Of a DNA stretch of 64,000 bases, positions 31,162 to 41,246 are shown piece after piece (position 1 is the first letter of the stretch; the number at the start of each line of letters is the position of its first letter). Origin of the DNA: an uncultured archaeon (GTDB lineage: Archaea; Asgardarchaeota; Lokiarchaeia; Sigyniarchaeales; SOKP01); NCBI GenBank assembly GCA_964486045.1, contig CAZALK010000009.1, positions 64,001-128,000 of the forward strand. Reading direction: 5' to 3'. The translations under genes and the position numbers were made by a program. The notes beneath the pieces are model-generated. The model ran no database searches, was not told the DNA's origin, and saw only the letters and a program-made list of their open reading frames with translations.

Positions 31162-32454
31162 TTATATTTCCTGAAGAGGTGCTTTTTTTTGTTCCTTTCT
31201 GAGGTTCTTAAAGATATCGTTGACAATTTTTTCAAATGTTTGGCGTCTTTCAGAGGTTTTTATGTAGGGATCAGTAATTTTTCCAGCTTTTTCCAGTTCA
31301 TCTGCTTCTTCCTTTGATACTATAATATTATCCCCATTTTCTTTGGTTATAACACAACCTGAATTTGTAAGTATACGATAGTTTTCATCGGTTTCATCAT
31401 GATTACCTGAGCAAATTAATTGGCAGTTACCACAGGTCAAGATAAAATTTTCTGTAAATGTATTTGATGCTATTTCACCGGATGTTATATATTCTCGAGC
31501 AACTTTATCATTTATCAATTTGGATTCCCCGTAAGTACCTTCTTCACCAGCTAGACGTAATTTTTCTACTGGATGTGTGAATAAATGAACAAAAGTGCGA
31601 TCCGCATCTTCAAATGTTTCGGGATATGGAGTCCTACCAGGAGACCATGTAGACCATTCTCCTGTTTTATCCAAACCAGAGAGTCCTCCACAAACAGCAT
31701 AACAACGTGATACATTATTTCGTTTTGAAAATGAAAAAGTGTATCCACCCATTGTATATGAGTCCTCCTCCTTCTTATCAAACATTCTATAGGCACAAAC
31801 ATTTACGCAGAGCTTGCATTTATCGCAGGGTGATTCTTCAGGAGGGATCGGATCTGTGGGTTCTAATTTTGCTGACGTAACGAGTGCTCCTAATAAAACA
31901 CCGGCTCCGTGTCCTTTAACTAATATATTCCCGGACCAACCTATTGAGCCGACTCCTGATCTGGCTGCTACTAGTCTCAGGGCGAGAAGAGGTGGTAATT
32001 TTGTACGCCAATTAATTACGTCTTCGCGATATTTGAAGTTATTAATAACAGGAACTGATTCAAATCCCTTTCCCTTTAAGAAATCGGCAGCGACCTTAGC
32101 AAATTTATAACCTTTTAAGTAAGCATCTCCATTATCGATAACATGATCAAATCGTCCTCTGGGTAGTTCTTTTGCTAAATAAGATTTTATTTTAGGCTTG
32201 TCTAAAGGAATCGCAAAACATATAGCAGTTTCTGCTTCTGGAAGGATGTAAGTCATATCTGTGGTGGATGGTCCTCCTTCAAGTGTTTCTTTAGTTGCAA
32301 ATCCTACGCTCACAGCACCTTGTTCTAATAAAATCTTTTCAATTTCATCATTTAGAGTAATAATATCATCACTACCAAAAATTCGATATTTCCTAATTTC
32401 TATACTATTAGTATTAATTAGCTTTAGTTTTAAAAATATTTTTCCATTATACAA
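31162..32454 (-). CDS. Epoxyqueuosine reductase / reductive-dehalogenase-like Fe-S (cobalamin-dependent family) protein
   Basis: GAVSVGFA, AARSGVGSIGWSG, CDKCKLCVNVC, TCGNCQLIC; the first ~31 codons look non-coding, so the real start is probably ATT 32361/32364. Confidence 0.8.
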   Translation of the reverse strand: MYNGKIFLKLKLINTNSIEIRKYRIFGSDDIITLNDEIEKILLEQGAVSVGFATKETLEGGPSTTDMTYILPEAETAICFAIPLDKPKIKSYLAKELPRGRFDHVIDNGDAYLKGYKFAKVAADFLKGKGFESVPVINNFKYREDVINWRTKLPPLLALRLVAARSGVGSIGWSGNILVKGHGAGVLLGALVTSAKLEPTDPIPPEESPCDKCKLCVNVCAYRMFDKKEEDSYTMGGYTFSFSKRNNVSRCYAVCGGLSGLDKTGEWSTWSPGRTPYPETFEDADRTFVHLFTHPVEKLRLAGEEGTYGESKLINDKVAREYITSGEIASNTFTENFILTCGNCQLICSGNHDETDENYRILTNSGCVITKENGDNIIVSKEEADELEKAGKITDPYIKTSERRQTFEKIVNDIFKNLRKEQKKAPLQEI

Positions 32455-32572
32455 TTAAATTAACTGAATTCTCTTTATCAAGATATAAAATCACAAAGTT
32501 AAGATATTATTGAATTTTTCCAAAAGTATACACACATAAGTGATTTCAAAGAAAAATGCAATTTATTAAGAG

Positions 32573-33622
32573 GTGGTAATCATTAGACCGTTAAACAAAT
32601 TCAAAACATTCAAATATGATGCAGCACCGTTTTTCTTCTTTATTGATGTGTTTCCCGCTGATTATTCAAACAGAAACAAACCAAATTTAATTAACTTGAT
32701 TAACGCAATAAAGACAAATCCAATTATACCATTGCCAATGAGAATTGATAGGGTATTCAATGGTGAAAGATCGATTCTCATCCGACCGAAAGAACCAATA
32801 TCATTTTCGGTTAAAGAAGATTTAACAGCAATCATTAATCCAGCCCCGTTTCTTCGGATGGGATTTGAAAAATTATTATATTTTACTGAAGTTCGTTCTC
32901 GGGAGAAATTTCTATTATCACTTTCTTCTGAAATGGCTTTAAAATGGTGGAAATACACGAGATTTCTTTATGGAAATCTTCCCAGCTTGGAAGAAGATTT
33001 CTCAGCTTTCTTGAGAGCATACTTGCATACTATTGTTCGAGCTAAGATTCTTGAAGAAGATCCTATTAAAGCCGCAAAAAATTATTGTCAGTTAATAGCT
33101 GATGTATGTGAAAAACGAATAGAACAAAATGTTATTCTGGCCGAAGTAAAAGAAAAGCAAGAAAATTTAAAAATGTATAAAATCAAAGAAGTCACCTATT
33201 ATAAAAAATTCAAGAAACAACACCAGACTCAATACCATCCTGAGCTTATTGATATCGAAATTTATGATTTAACTCAAAAAGGATTTTTAAATTTCGAAGG
33301 AGATCGCATAAAAAATATGAAAGAAATGGACACAAAGGTAATAAAATATATCCCTCTTTTAATTTACGATGATTTACTTGAATGTATGCTTCATAATTTA
33401 AAAAGACTTGAAAATGGTGATAACGATATATTAGATCCTTCTCTATTATTTGAAAAGAATATAATCATTACTTATCAATCCAAGGATTTTGAAAAAATAA
33501 ATAAGGATAAATTCACGTGGTGGAGTAGTTTTGAGAATATTGATTTAGATTTAATTGTAAGAACTATTCTAAAAATTGAGGAAGATTTCGCTTCTTCTTT
33601 TGAACTTGAAGTGCTTCGATAA
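32573..33622 (+). CDS. Hypothetical protein upstream of carAB
   Basis: 349-codon ORF with normal composition; the GTG lies inside SD GAGGTG, so ATT 32582 is a candidate start. Confidence 0.8.
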   Translation: MVIIRPLNKFKTFKYDAAPFFFFIDVFPADYSNRNKPNLINLINAIKTNPIIPLPMRIDRVFNGERSILIRPKEPISFSVKEDLTAIINPAPFLRMGFEKLLYFTEVRSREKFLLSLSSEMALKWWKYTRFLYGNLPSLEEDFSAFLRAYLHTIVRAKILEEDPIKAAKNYCQLIADVCEKRIEQNVILAEVKEKQENLKMYKIKEVTYYKKFKKQHQTQYHPELIDIEIYDLTQKGFLNFEGDRIKNMKEMDTKVIKYIPLLIYDDLLECMLHNLKRLENGDNDILDPSLLFEKNIIITYQSKDFEKINKDKFTWWSSFENIDLDLIVRTILKIEEDFASSFELEVLR

Positions 33623-33725
33623 AACTTTTTATCTTTTAAAGTAATATGCGACCGGTTAATAATTAATTTTAAGTAAAAACATTCGTTATATTTGCTTTAA
33701 ACAGTTAAGAGAAATTATTTAGATT

Positions 33726-34865
33726 TTGCCTATGATTATTAAGGGAGAAAAACCCGCAATTTTAATGCTCCAAGATGGGCGTTATTTTCAGGGAATCGGT
33801 TTCGGATCGACAAAAATAGTTACTGGGGAACTTGTGTTTAACACTATGACTGGAGCAGGATATAATGAAACCCTTACAGATCCATCCTATCAAGGCCAGA
33901 TTGTCGTAATGACTCATCCCCTAGTTGGAAACTATGGGGTGCCTGGGTGGGAAAAGGACATATACGGGATCATCAAATATTTTGAATCCGAATCAATAAA
34001 AGTTTCTGGTTTTATAGTAAATGAGTGTTGTAAAAAACCAAGTCATTATGAATCCGTGAAGACTTTAGATGAATTTCTTCGTGAGGAAGATATACCTGGA
34101 ATTGAATGGATAGATACTCGAGCGGTAACTAAAATCTTGAGGGAAGAGGGTGTTCAAGTTGGTCTATTAGCAGTTCTTGAATCAGGAGTAAAACCAAATA
34201 TAAAGGAATTGAGAGATATAGTTAAAAATGCAGAAGATCCTAACCTGAGACATTTAGTAAGTGAAGTATCGACAAAAAAAGTTCAAACATTTTCTCCACC
34301 AAATCCAATAGGAAAAGTCGTAGTATTAGATTGTGGTGTTAAACTTAATATCTTAAGAAATTTCTTAGCAAGGGGGCTTAAAATTATTTTATTGCCCTAT
34401 AATTACGATTATGAGAAAATTATGAGTTATAGTCCCAATGGTGTCTTTATTTCTAATGGTCCAGGAGATCCTGATATGTGTATAAATGCCATTGAAGTTT
34501 GTAAGCAATTAATTCAGAATAATATTCCAACATTTGGGATTTGTTTAGGTAATCAAATTCTAGGAATTGCAGCTGGTGGATATAAATATAAATTGAAATA
34601 TGGACATAGAGGGGGAAATAAAACTGTAATAGATATTAACACTAATCAATGTTATATAACATCACAGAATCATGGATTTTGCATAAGAGACTTTGAAAAG
34701 AATGGTTTTAAAGAATTCCTAAAAAATATAGACGATGAAACTAATGAAGGTTTAATTCATGAAAATAAACCAATTATAGCTGTCCAATTTCATCCAGAAG
34801 CATGTCCAGGACCCTTAGATTCCCTATATTTATTTGATAAGTTTATAGAGCTAATGGAGTTATAA
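33726..34865 (+). CDS. carA: Carbamoyl-phosphate synthase small subunit
   Basis: GELVFNT, TDPSYQGQ, SNGPGDP, GICLGNQ, GHRG, TSQNHG, QFHPE. Confidence 0.98.
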   Translation: MPMIIKGEKPAILMLQDGRYFQGIGFGSTKIVTGELVFNTMTGAGYNETLTDPSYQGQIVVMTHPLVGNYGVPGWEKDIYGIIKYFESESIKVSGFIVNECCKKPSHYESVKTLDEFLREEDIPGIEWIDTRAVTKILREEGVQVGLLAVLESGVKPNIKELRDIVKNAEDPNLRHLVSEVSTKKVQTFSPPNPIGKVVVLDCGVKLNILRNFLARGLKIILLPYNYDYEKIMSYSPNGVFISNGPGDPDMCINAIEVCKQLIQNNIPTFGICLGNQILGIAAGGYKYKLKYGHRGGNKTVIDINTNQCYITSQNHGFCIRDFEKNGFKEFLKNIDDETNEGLIHENKPIIAVQFHPEACPGPLDSLYLFDKFIELMEL

Positions 34866-34869
34866 TAAA

Positions 34870-37800
34870 ATGCCTTTAGATAAATCTATTAAAAAGGCTT
34901 TAATCTTAGGTTCTGGAGGAATAAAGATAGGTCAAGCTGGAGAATTTGACTATACCGGAACTCAAGTTCTTAAAGCCTTAAAAGAAGAAGGAATTGAAAC
35001 AATCTTAATTAATCCCAATATTGCCTCGGTGCAAACTGACCCAAACATTTCAGATATCGTGTATTTATTACCTATCAATGTTAAATATGTTGAGGAAATA
35101 ATAAAAAAAGAAGAACCAGATGGAATTTTATTAGCATTTGGTGGACAAACTGCTTTAAATGTTGGAGTTGAACTAAATGAGACGGGGATACTTGAAAAAT
35201 ATAATATTAGAGTACTAGGAACCCCAATAGATGCAATTGAAACAACTGAAGATAGAGAATTGTTTATCAAAGCTATGGTAGAATCAAATGTTAAAGTATG
35301 CAAAAGTCAAGCTGTTAATTCTTATACTCAAGCGCTAAAAGCCGTAGAGGATATCGGATTTCCATGCATGATAAGAGTAGCTTATACTTTGGGTGGAAGA
35401 GGATCCGGAATTGTTAATAACATTAAAGAATTCGAGAGAATTGCTAAAAAGGGTTTAGCTCAATCGCGTATCAACCAAATACTTATTGAAGAGAGCATTT
35501 GGGGCTGGAAAGAAATCGAATATGAAGTAGTAAGGGATTCTGAAGATAATTGTTTTATCAATTGTAATATGGAAAATTTCGATCCTGTAGGTATTCATAC
35601 AGGAGAATCCCTTGTCGTAAGTCCAAGTCAAACACTGACAAATGAGGAATATCAAATGCTCCGTTCTGCTTCAATTAGAGTAATACGGAACCTTGGAATT
35701 ATAGGAGAATGTAATATTCAATACGGTCTAGATCCGTTTTCAAAAGAGTTTCGCGCAATAGAAGTAAATGCACGACTCTCTAGATCATCAGCACTTGCTT
35801 CTAAAGCAACAGGGTATCCTTTAGCATATATTGCCGCAAAGCTAGCAATAGGATATACTTTACCAGAATTGAAAAATAAAATTACTGGCATTACAACAGC
35901 TTGTTTTGAACCGGCATTAGATTATCTGGTACTTAAAATTCCAAGATGGGATCTGACTAAATTCCAAAAAGTGGATCGAAGATTAGGATCTCAGATGAAA
36001 TCTGTTGGTGAAATAATGGCGATTGGGAGGACATTCGAGGAAGTTCTTCAAAAAGGATTACGAATGCTTGATATAGGCATGAAAGGATTTGTGGCTAATA
36101 ATCTAGATCCTATTGAGGATTTAAATGAATTAAAATATGCCTTAAGAAATCCGACAGACTTAAGAGTTTTTAGGATTGGTGAAGCATTAAAAAAAGGTAT
36201 CGGTATTGATGAAATTTATCGGCTTTCGAGAGTTGATAAATGGTTTTTGTATAAAATGAAAAATATAATTGAAATTGAGCATCAACTTGAAGAGCTTAAT
36301 TTATTAGAAACTTCAGATTTTGAAAAAAAGCATTGGATAGAAAAAGCTAAGCGATATGGCTTTTCTGACGGGCAAATTGGAAAGATTATAGGTGTTGACA
36401 CAATTTTCATAAGACAACTGAGAAGAAAGTTGGATATCCATCCCTTTGTTAAAAGAATCGATACTCTTGCGGCTGAATGGCCAGCGATTACAAACTATTT
36501 GTATCTTACTTACAGTGCTTCAGAGCATGATATTGATTTTGAAGAAGAACATAAAGCTAACCTCAAAAAAGTAATTGTTTTAGGATCGGGGACATATCGC
36601 ATCGGGGCTTCAGTTGAGTTTGATTGGGGTTCAGTTAATTGTTTATGGGGAATTAAGAAAATGGATATAGACCAGGCAATAATGATAAACTACAACCCAG
36701 AAACTGTTTCAACCGATTATGACGTAAGTGACAAACTCTATTTCGAGGAAATCTCTGGGGAAAGAGTCCTTGATATATGTGAGCTTGAAAAAGCAAATGG
36801 TATTGTGGTATCTGCAGGAGGTCAGATAGCAAACAACCTAGCGACAAAAATTACTAAATATTCTGAATTTTTTAGAAAAACTAACTTAAAAATACTCGGT
36901 ACTCATGGTTCCAGAATAGATATGGCAGAAGATAGAAGCAAGTTTAGCGCTTTACTAGATCAACTCGAAATAAAGCAACCAGAATGGAATGCATTGACAA
37001 ATAAAGAAGAATCTTTAAAATTTGCTAAAAAAGTAGGTTACCCTGTCTTGGTTAGACCTTCTTATGTTTTAAGTGGAGCAGCTATGAGAGTATCTTATGA
37101 TGAAAAGACACTAATGGATACTTTAGACCTTGCAGCTTCAGTTTCAAGTGAGTATCCTGTCGTTATAACTAAATTTTTTACTGATGCTAGAGAAATCGAA
37201 TGCGACGGTATATCCGATGGTGAAAATGTGTTAATCGGGGCTATTGTTGAGCATATTGAAAATGCAGGAATTCATAGCGGTGACGCTACAATGGTAATTC
37301 CTCCCCAGACAGTTAAAAAAGAAATTTTAACGAAAATAGAACAGTATACAAGGCAAATTGCCTTAGCTCTTAAAATTCAAGGACCTTTTAACGTCCAATA
37401 TCTATTAAAAAATGGAGAAGTATATGTAATTGAATGTAATTTACGTTCAAGTCGCAGTATGCCTTATGTTTCAAAAACCAGAGGTTTGAACCTTATGAGA
37501 TTAGCTGCCGAAGTGATAATGGGTAAAAAAATTCCCGAAAGACTAATGAATCTGGATTATGGAGATTATGTGTCAATCAAGGCACCAATGTTTTCATTTG
37601 TTAGGTTAGATAAAGCAGATCCTGTGTTGGGTGTCGAGATGGCATCTACGGGGGAAATTGGAATAATAGGAGATAATTTTCAAGACGCTTTAATAAAAGC
37701 TTTAGAAGCTACAGAAATGGAAATTCCGGTAGAAGGAGGGAATGTATTAATATCTGTAGGAGGAGATGAATTAAAGAAACAAGTTATTCCTCTCGCTAAA

Positions 37801-38181
37801 AAGTTAAAAATCTTAGGATTTACAATTTTTGCAACCGAAACCACAGCGTTAACCTTAAAAAACAATGGAGTTGAAGCAGTAAGATTATATAAAGTCCATG
37901 AGTTCGGAAAAGAGCCTAATATAATGGCGTGTTTACAAGAAGGTCACATAGATATGGTAATTAACATTCCTATGCCGACTACCCAAGGAGAAAAATTTAA
38001 AACTATAATGGAAGATGAATATGAAATTAGAAGGATGGCTGTAGATTATAATATACCCGTGATTATAAACTTACAGCTCGCAAAGGCTGTTGTAGATGCT
38101 ATTGAAACTGTAAGGGAAAAAAAAATTGAAATAAAGTCTCTTAACGAGTATCATAGTACTTTAAAAGAAATTTATTGGTAG
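34870..38181 (+). CDS. carB: Carbamoyl-phosphate synthase large subunit
   Basis: GSGGIKIGQAGEFDY, two ATP-grasp halves, NPETVSTDYD, C-terminal MGS domain. Confidence 0.99.
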   Translation: MPLDKSIKKALILGSGGIKIGQAGEFDYTGTQVLKALKEEGIETILINPNIASVQTDPNISDIVYLLPINVKYVEEIIKKEEPDGILLAFGGQTALNVGVELNETGILEKYNIRVLGTPIDAIETTEDRELFIKAMVESNVKVCKSQAVNSYTQALKAVEDIGFPCMIRVAYTLGGRGSGIVNNIKEFERIAKKGLAQSRINQILIEESIWGWKEIEYEVVRDSEDNCFINCNMENFDPVGIHTGESLVVSPSQTLTNEEYQMLRSASIRVIRNLGIIGECNIQYGLDPFSKEFRAIEVNARLSRSSALASKATGYPLAYIAAKLAIGYTLPELKNKITGITTACFEPALDYLVLKIPRWDLTKFQKVDRRLGSQMKSVGEIMAIGRTFEEVLQKGLRMLDIGMKGFVANNLDPIEDLNELKYALRNPTDLRVFRIGEALKKGIGIDEIYRLSRVDKWFLYKMKNIIEIEHQLEELNLLETSDFEKKHWIEKAKRYGFSDGQIGKIIGVDTIFIRQLRRKLDIHPFVKRIDTLAAEWPAITNYLYLTYSASEHDIDFEEEHKANLKKVIVLGSGTYRIGASVEFDWGSVNCLWGIKKMDIDQAIMINYNPETVSTDYDVSDKLYFEEISGERVLDICELEKANGIVVSAGGQIANNLATKITKYSEFFRKTNLKILGTHGSRIDMAEDRSKFSALLDQLEIKQPEWNALTNKEESLKFAKKVGYPVLVRPSYVLSGAAMRVSYDEKTLMDTLDLAASVSSEYPVVITKFFTDAREIECDGISDGENVLIGAIVEHIENAGIHSGDATMVIPPQTVKKEILTKIEQYTRQIALALKIQGPFNVQYLLKNGEVYVIECNLRSSRSMPYVSKTRGLNLMRLAAEVIMGKKIPERLMNLDYGDYVSIKAPMFSFVRLDKADPVLGVEMASTGEIGIIGDNFQDALIKALEATEMEIPVEGGNVLISVGGDELKKQVIPLAKKLKILGFTIFATETTALTLKNNGVEAVRLYKVHEFGKEPNIMACLQEGHIDMVINIPMPTTQGEKFKTIMEDEYEIRRMAVDYNIPVIINLQLAKAVVDAIETVREKKIEIKSLNEYHSTLKEIYW

Positions 38182-38205
38182 ACCAAATTGTTGTTAGAGT
38201 TCTAT

Positions 38206-38715
38206 TTATTCCCTACCTTTTATTAATGCGATTATAATTACTAGTGCACCAAATATCAATGTGGTTACTGTACCTGTAATAAGAACTATGACAATCCCAT
38301 CAATTAATGTTGCTGTAAAACTAATATAATTTAAGTTAAAAGAATCAACAGAAATTAAAACTATCCACAAAATCATAGAACACATCGAAGTAAGAATCCA
38401 TCCTCCAAAAGATTTACCTATACTACCTCCCATGAGTCCTGCTACAATTGCTGCAATAATAAAAGATATAAATCCTCCAAAGTAAAATATTTTAAAAGCA
38501 AGACTTGCAGCAATACCACTACTTATAAGATCCCATGGAAAATAACGAGAAGGGTAAACAAATAGGTAAATACTAAAAGTTGGATGACTTGTAATATCAT
38601 CAATCAAAAAATTTAAAATATTTCCGATCGCATATGTTACAATGATTAATAAGAAATTTAATACCAAGAAAATAAGTAAACTAAATATAAAAGATCGTGA
38701 TAAACTCTTTTCCAT
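38206..38715 (-). CDS. Hypothetical integral membrane protein
   Basis: About 4 hydrophobic segments. Confidence 0.75.
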   Translation of the reverse strand: MEKSLSRSFIFSLLIFLVLNFLLIIVTYAIGNILNFLIDDITSHPTFSIYLFVYPSRYFPWDLISSGIAASLAFKIFYFGGFISFIIAAIVAGLMGGSIGKSFGGWILTSMCSMILWIVLISVDSFNLNYISFTATLIDGIVIVLITGTVTTLIFGALVIIIALIKGRE

Positions 38716-38945
38716 TTGATAAAACCTTTTCTATATTTTTTAAAATTATAACTTATGTTTCTTAATAGAGTTGTTAATATATTTAAATGTATTATTTTTA
38801 TGGTATTTACAAAATTTTAAATTAACATTGAAGACTTAACTCGCTAGTAATTCTCTCATTAATAAAAATCTTGAAAAATCTTGAATAATATATCACAAAT
38901 TATTAAATATTCAATATCTAAAGATTTAATTTAGGTGTTACATAG

Positions 38946-39227
38946 ATTTACTACCGTGGTTATATCTTAGTTCGATTAAAAATCATCGGAACTCAATGGA
39001 AAGTCACAGAAAAACTAAAGGGTTTAAAATCGAGTAGTCAACAGGAAGATTGGGAAGTAACCTATGCTACACCGATATATGGTGGATGGGATTTAATCGC
39101 CGAATGTAAATTTACCAAACTTGAAGATTTAGATAATATAGTGTCCTATTGTAGGACAGATAAGGAATTATCTCAATGGATAGATGCAACAACTACTTTT
39201 ATCAGCACCAAAAAGAATTATCCATAA
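38946..39227 (+). CDS. Stand-alone Lrp/AsnC ligand-binding (RAM)-like protein, ATT start, absent from the ORF track
   Basis: 93-codon frame YYRGYILVRLK...VTYATPIYGGWDLIAECKFTKLEDLDNIV...IDATTTFIS fits the RAM pattern; SD AGGTG 8 nt upstream; in-frame TAG directly before the ATT. Confidence 0.8.
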   Translation: MYYRGYILVRLKIIGTQWKVTEKLKGLKSSSQQEDWEVTYATPIYGGWDLIAECKFTKLEDLDNIVSYCRTDKELSQWIDATTTFISTKKNYP

Positions 39228-39398
39228 TATCGAAAAAAGAAGGTAGTATGATATATATCCTCAATTCAGACTCAGTTCGAAAAATCTCATCAAAGTAACA
39301 GTATGTTTATGCAACTAAAACTCTATTAAATATTTATTATTTCAATAGTAAACAAATAAGATCTTTATTTTTTATACACTTTAGGATAAGAATTTTCT

Positions 39399-41246
39399 AT
39401 GCGAGAATTAAAACTTGAGGAAATACAAACTCGTGTTGAGTATTCACCAGGAAAGGATCCTTTCGAAAAATCTCGTCAAAAAGGAACTAGGAGCTGGATT
39501 TTGAAACATATGTTTCACGGTTCTAATAAAATATTATTGATTATTGTTTTTTTTACAACAATCATAAGCGCTAACATTAATTCGATATCTTACATCGTTT
39601 TGGGGAATGCCCTTGTAGCCCTTCTTTCCCCATTGGGGAACTACACAACGCTAATATCTTATGTAATTTTGATATTAATATTAAACCTTAGTACGCCTAT
39701 CCTGAGAGTAGTCAGTTTTATGTTAAGGGAAATTGTAGCCAGTAGAATGGAGAGAGATGCCAGAAGAGAATTCTATACTAATCTTTTAGGTAAAAGCCAA
39801 TCATTTCATGAGCAACAACAAATCGGGGATTTAATGGCTAGAGTCACAAACGATGTTCGTATGTTAAATTTTTTAGTGAGTCCCGCAATTTCTTATATTT
39901 TTGAATCATTCACGACATTATTTATCCCAATTATTTATATTATTCTTTACTATCCGAGTCAATTAATATTTGCGCCCTTATTATTTGCGATTCTCTTTTT
40001 ATTTTCATTGAAGTCCTATGTTCGTAATTTGGGACCAATTACTCTAAGATTACGGAGTTTCTTTGGGATGATGAATGCCACATTGGCCGAAACACTTAAT
40101 GGAATTGAAGTTGTAAAAGCTTCCGTTCAAGAGCATTTTGAATTAAATAAGTATTTTTCAAAAGCAAGGAGTTATCGCGATGCTTATATAGATCAGGGAA
40201 AAGTTCAAGCGAAATATTTTCCCCTCTTACTTATTGCTTTAACAATAACAATTGGATTAACTCATGGTATTATATTAACGTTTATCCCATTAGTATTTTT
40301 TAGTATTGGACAATTAATTGGATATCTTGGATTAATATCACAATTACGTTTTCCGACAATGGTTTCAATGCGTGTTTTTGCCATTATTCGGGCAGCAATT
40401 TCGAGCTCACATAGGCTACTAGAATTAATGAATAGAGAAACTGAAATTGATGAAAATCTAGGAGGAACAAAGAAAATAATAGATGGAAAGATTACATTTG
40501 AAAATGTTTCATTTACTTATCCAGGAAGTGAAAAAACCGTATTAAAAAATATTTCTTTTGAAGTACAGCCAGGACAAACAATAGCAATTGTTGGGACAAC
40601 GGGTTCAGGAAAAACCACCCTCACAAAATTGATGTCTCGTTTATACGATGTGAATCAGGGCAGAATTCTTATCGATAATATTCCCATCAGAGATTACGCT
40701 TTGCATTCTTTAAGACGTCAAATTTCATATATTGAACAAGATATCTTCTTGTTTTCTGATTCTCTATTTAATAATATATCCTTTGGAAGAACCTCATCAT
40801 TAGAAGAAATTATATTTTGCGCGAAAGAAGCTCAAGCAGATGGTTTTATTCTCCAATTACCAGACCAATATGATTCAGAGGTCGGAGAAAGAGGAGTTCA
40901 GCTTAGTGGGGGAGAAAGACAACGAATTGCAATTGCTCGGGCTTTCCTCTCGGACCCAAGAATCTTGATTTTAGATGATTCAACCTCAGCAATCGATTCA
41001 AACACAGAAGATAAAATCCAAAAAGCATTTCAAAATATATTAAGAAGACGAACCACCCTTTTAATCACTCATAGACTTTCTCAGATTAGGTGGGCAGATT
41101 TGATTATAGTGTTAAAAAGCGGTGAAATAGCCAATATGGGAACTCACGAAGATTTATTAAGAACATCAGAAGAATACCGTAAAATCTTTATTAAGAAGTT
41201 TGATGTAGATATTGAACAACTTCTTAAACAAAAGGAGGTATTATAA
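39399..41246 (+). CDS. ABC exporter TMD+NBD half-transporter (degenerate Walker B)
   Basis: GTTGSGKT, LSGGERQ, ILILDDST. Confidence 0.95.
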   Translation: MRELKLEEIQTRVEYSPGKDPFEKSRQKGTRSWILKHMFHGSNKILLIIVFFTTIISANINSISYIVLGNALVALLSPLGNYTTLISYVILILILNLSTPILRVVSFMLREIVASRMERDARREFYTNLLGKSQSFHEQQQIGDLMARVTNDVRMLNFLVSPAISYIFESFTTLFIPIIYIILYYPSQLIFAPLLFAILFLFSLKSYVRNLGPITLRLRSFFGMMNATLAETLNGIEVVKASVQEHFELNKYFSKARSYRDAYIDQGKVQAKYFPLLLIALTITIGLTHGIILTFIPLVFFSIGQLIGYLGLISQLRFPTMVSMRVFAIIRAAISSSHRLLELMNRETEIDENLGGTKKIIDGKITFENVSFTYPGSEKTVLKNISFEVQPGQTIAIVGTTGSGKTTLTKLMSRLYDVNQGRILIDNIPIRDYALHSLRRQISYIEQDIFLFSDSLFNNISFGRTSSLEEIIFCAKEAQADGFILQLPDQYDSEVGERGVQLSGGERQRIAIARAFLSDPRILILDDSTSAIDSNTEDKIQKAFQNILRRRTTLLITHRLSQIRWADLIIVLKSGEIANMGTHEDLLRTSEEYRKIFIKKFDVDIEQLLKQKEVL

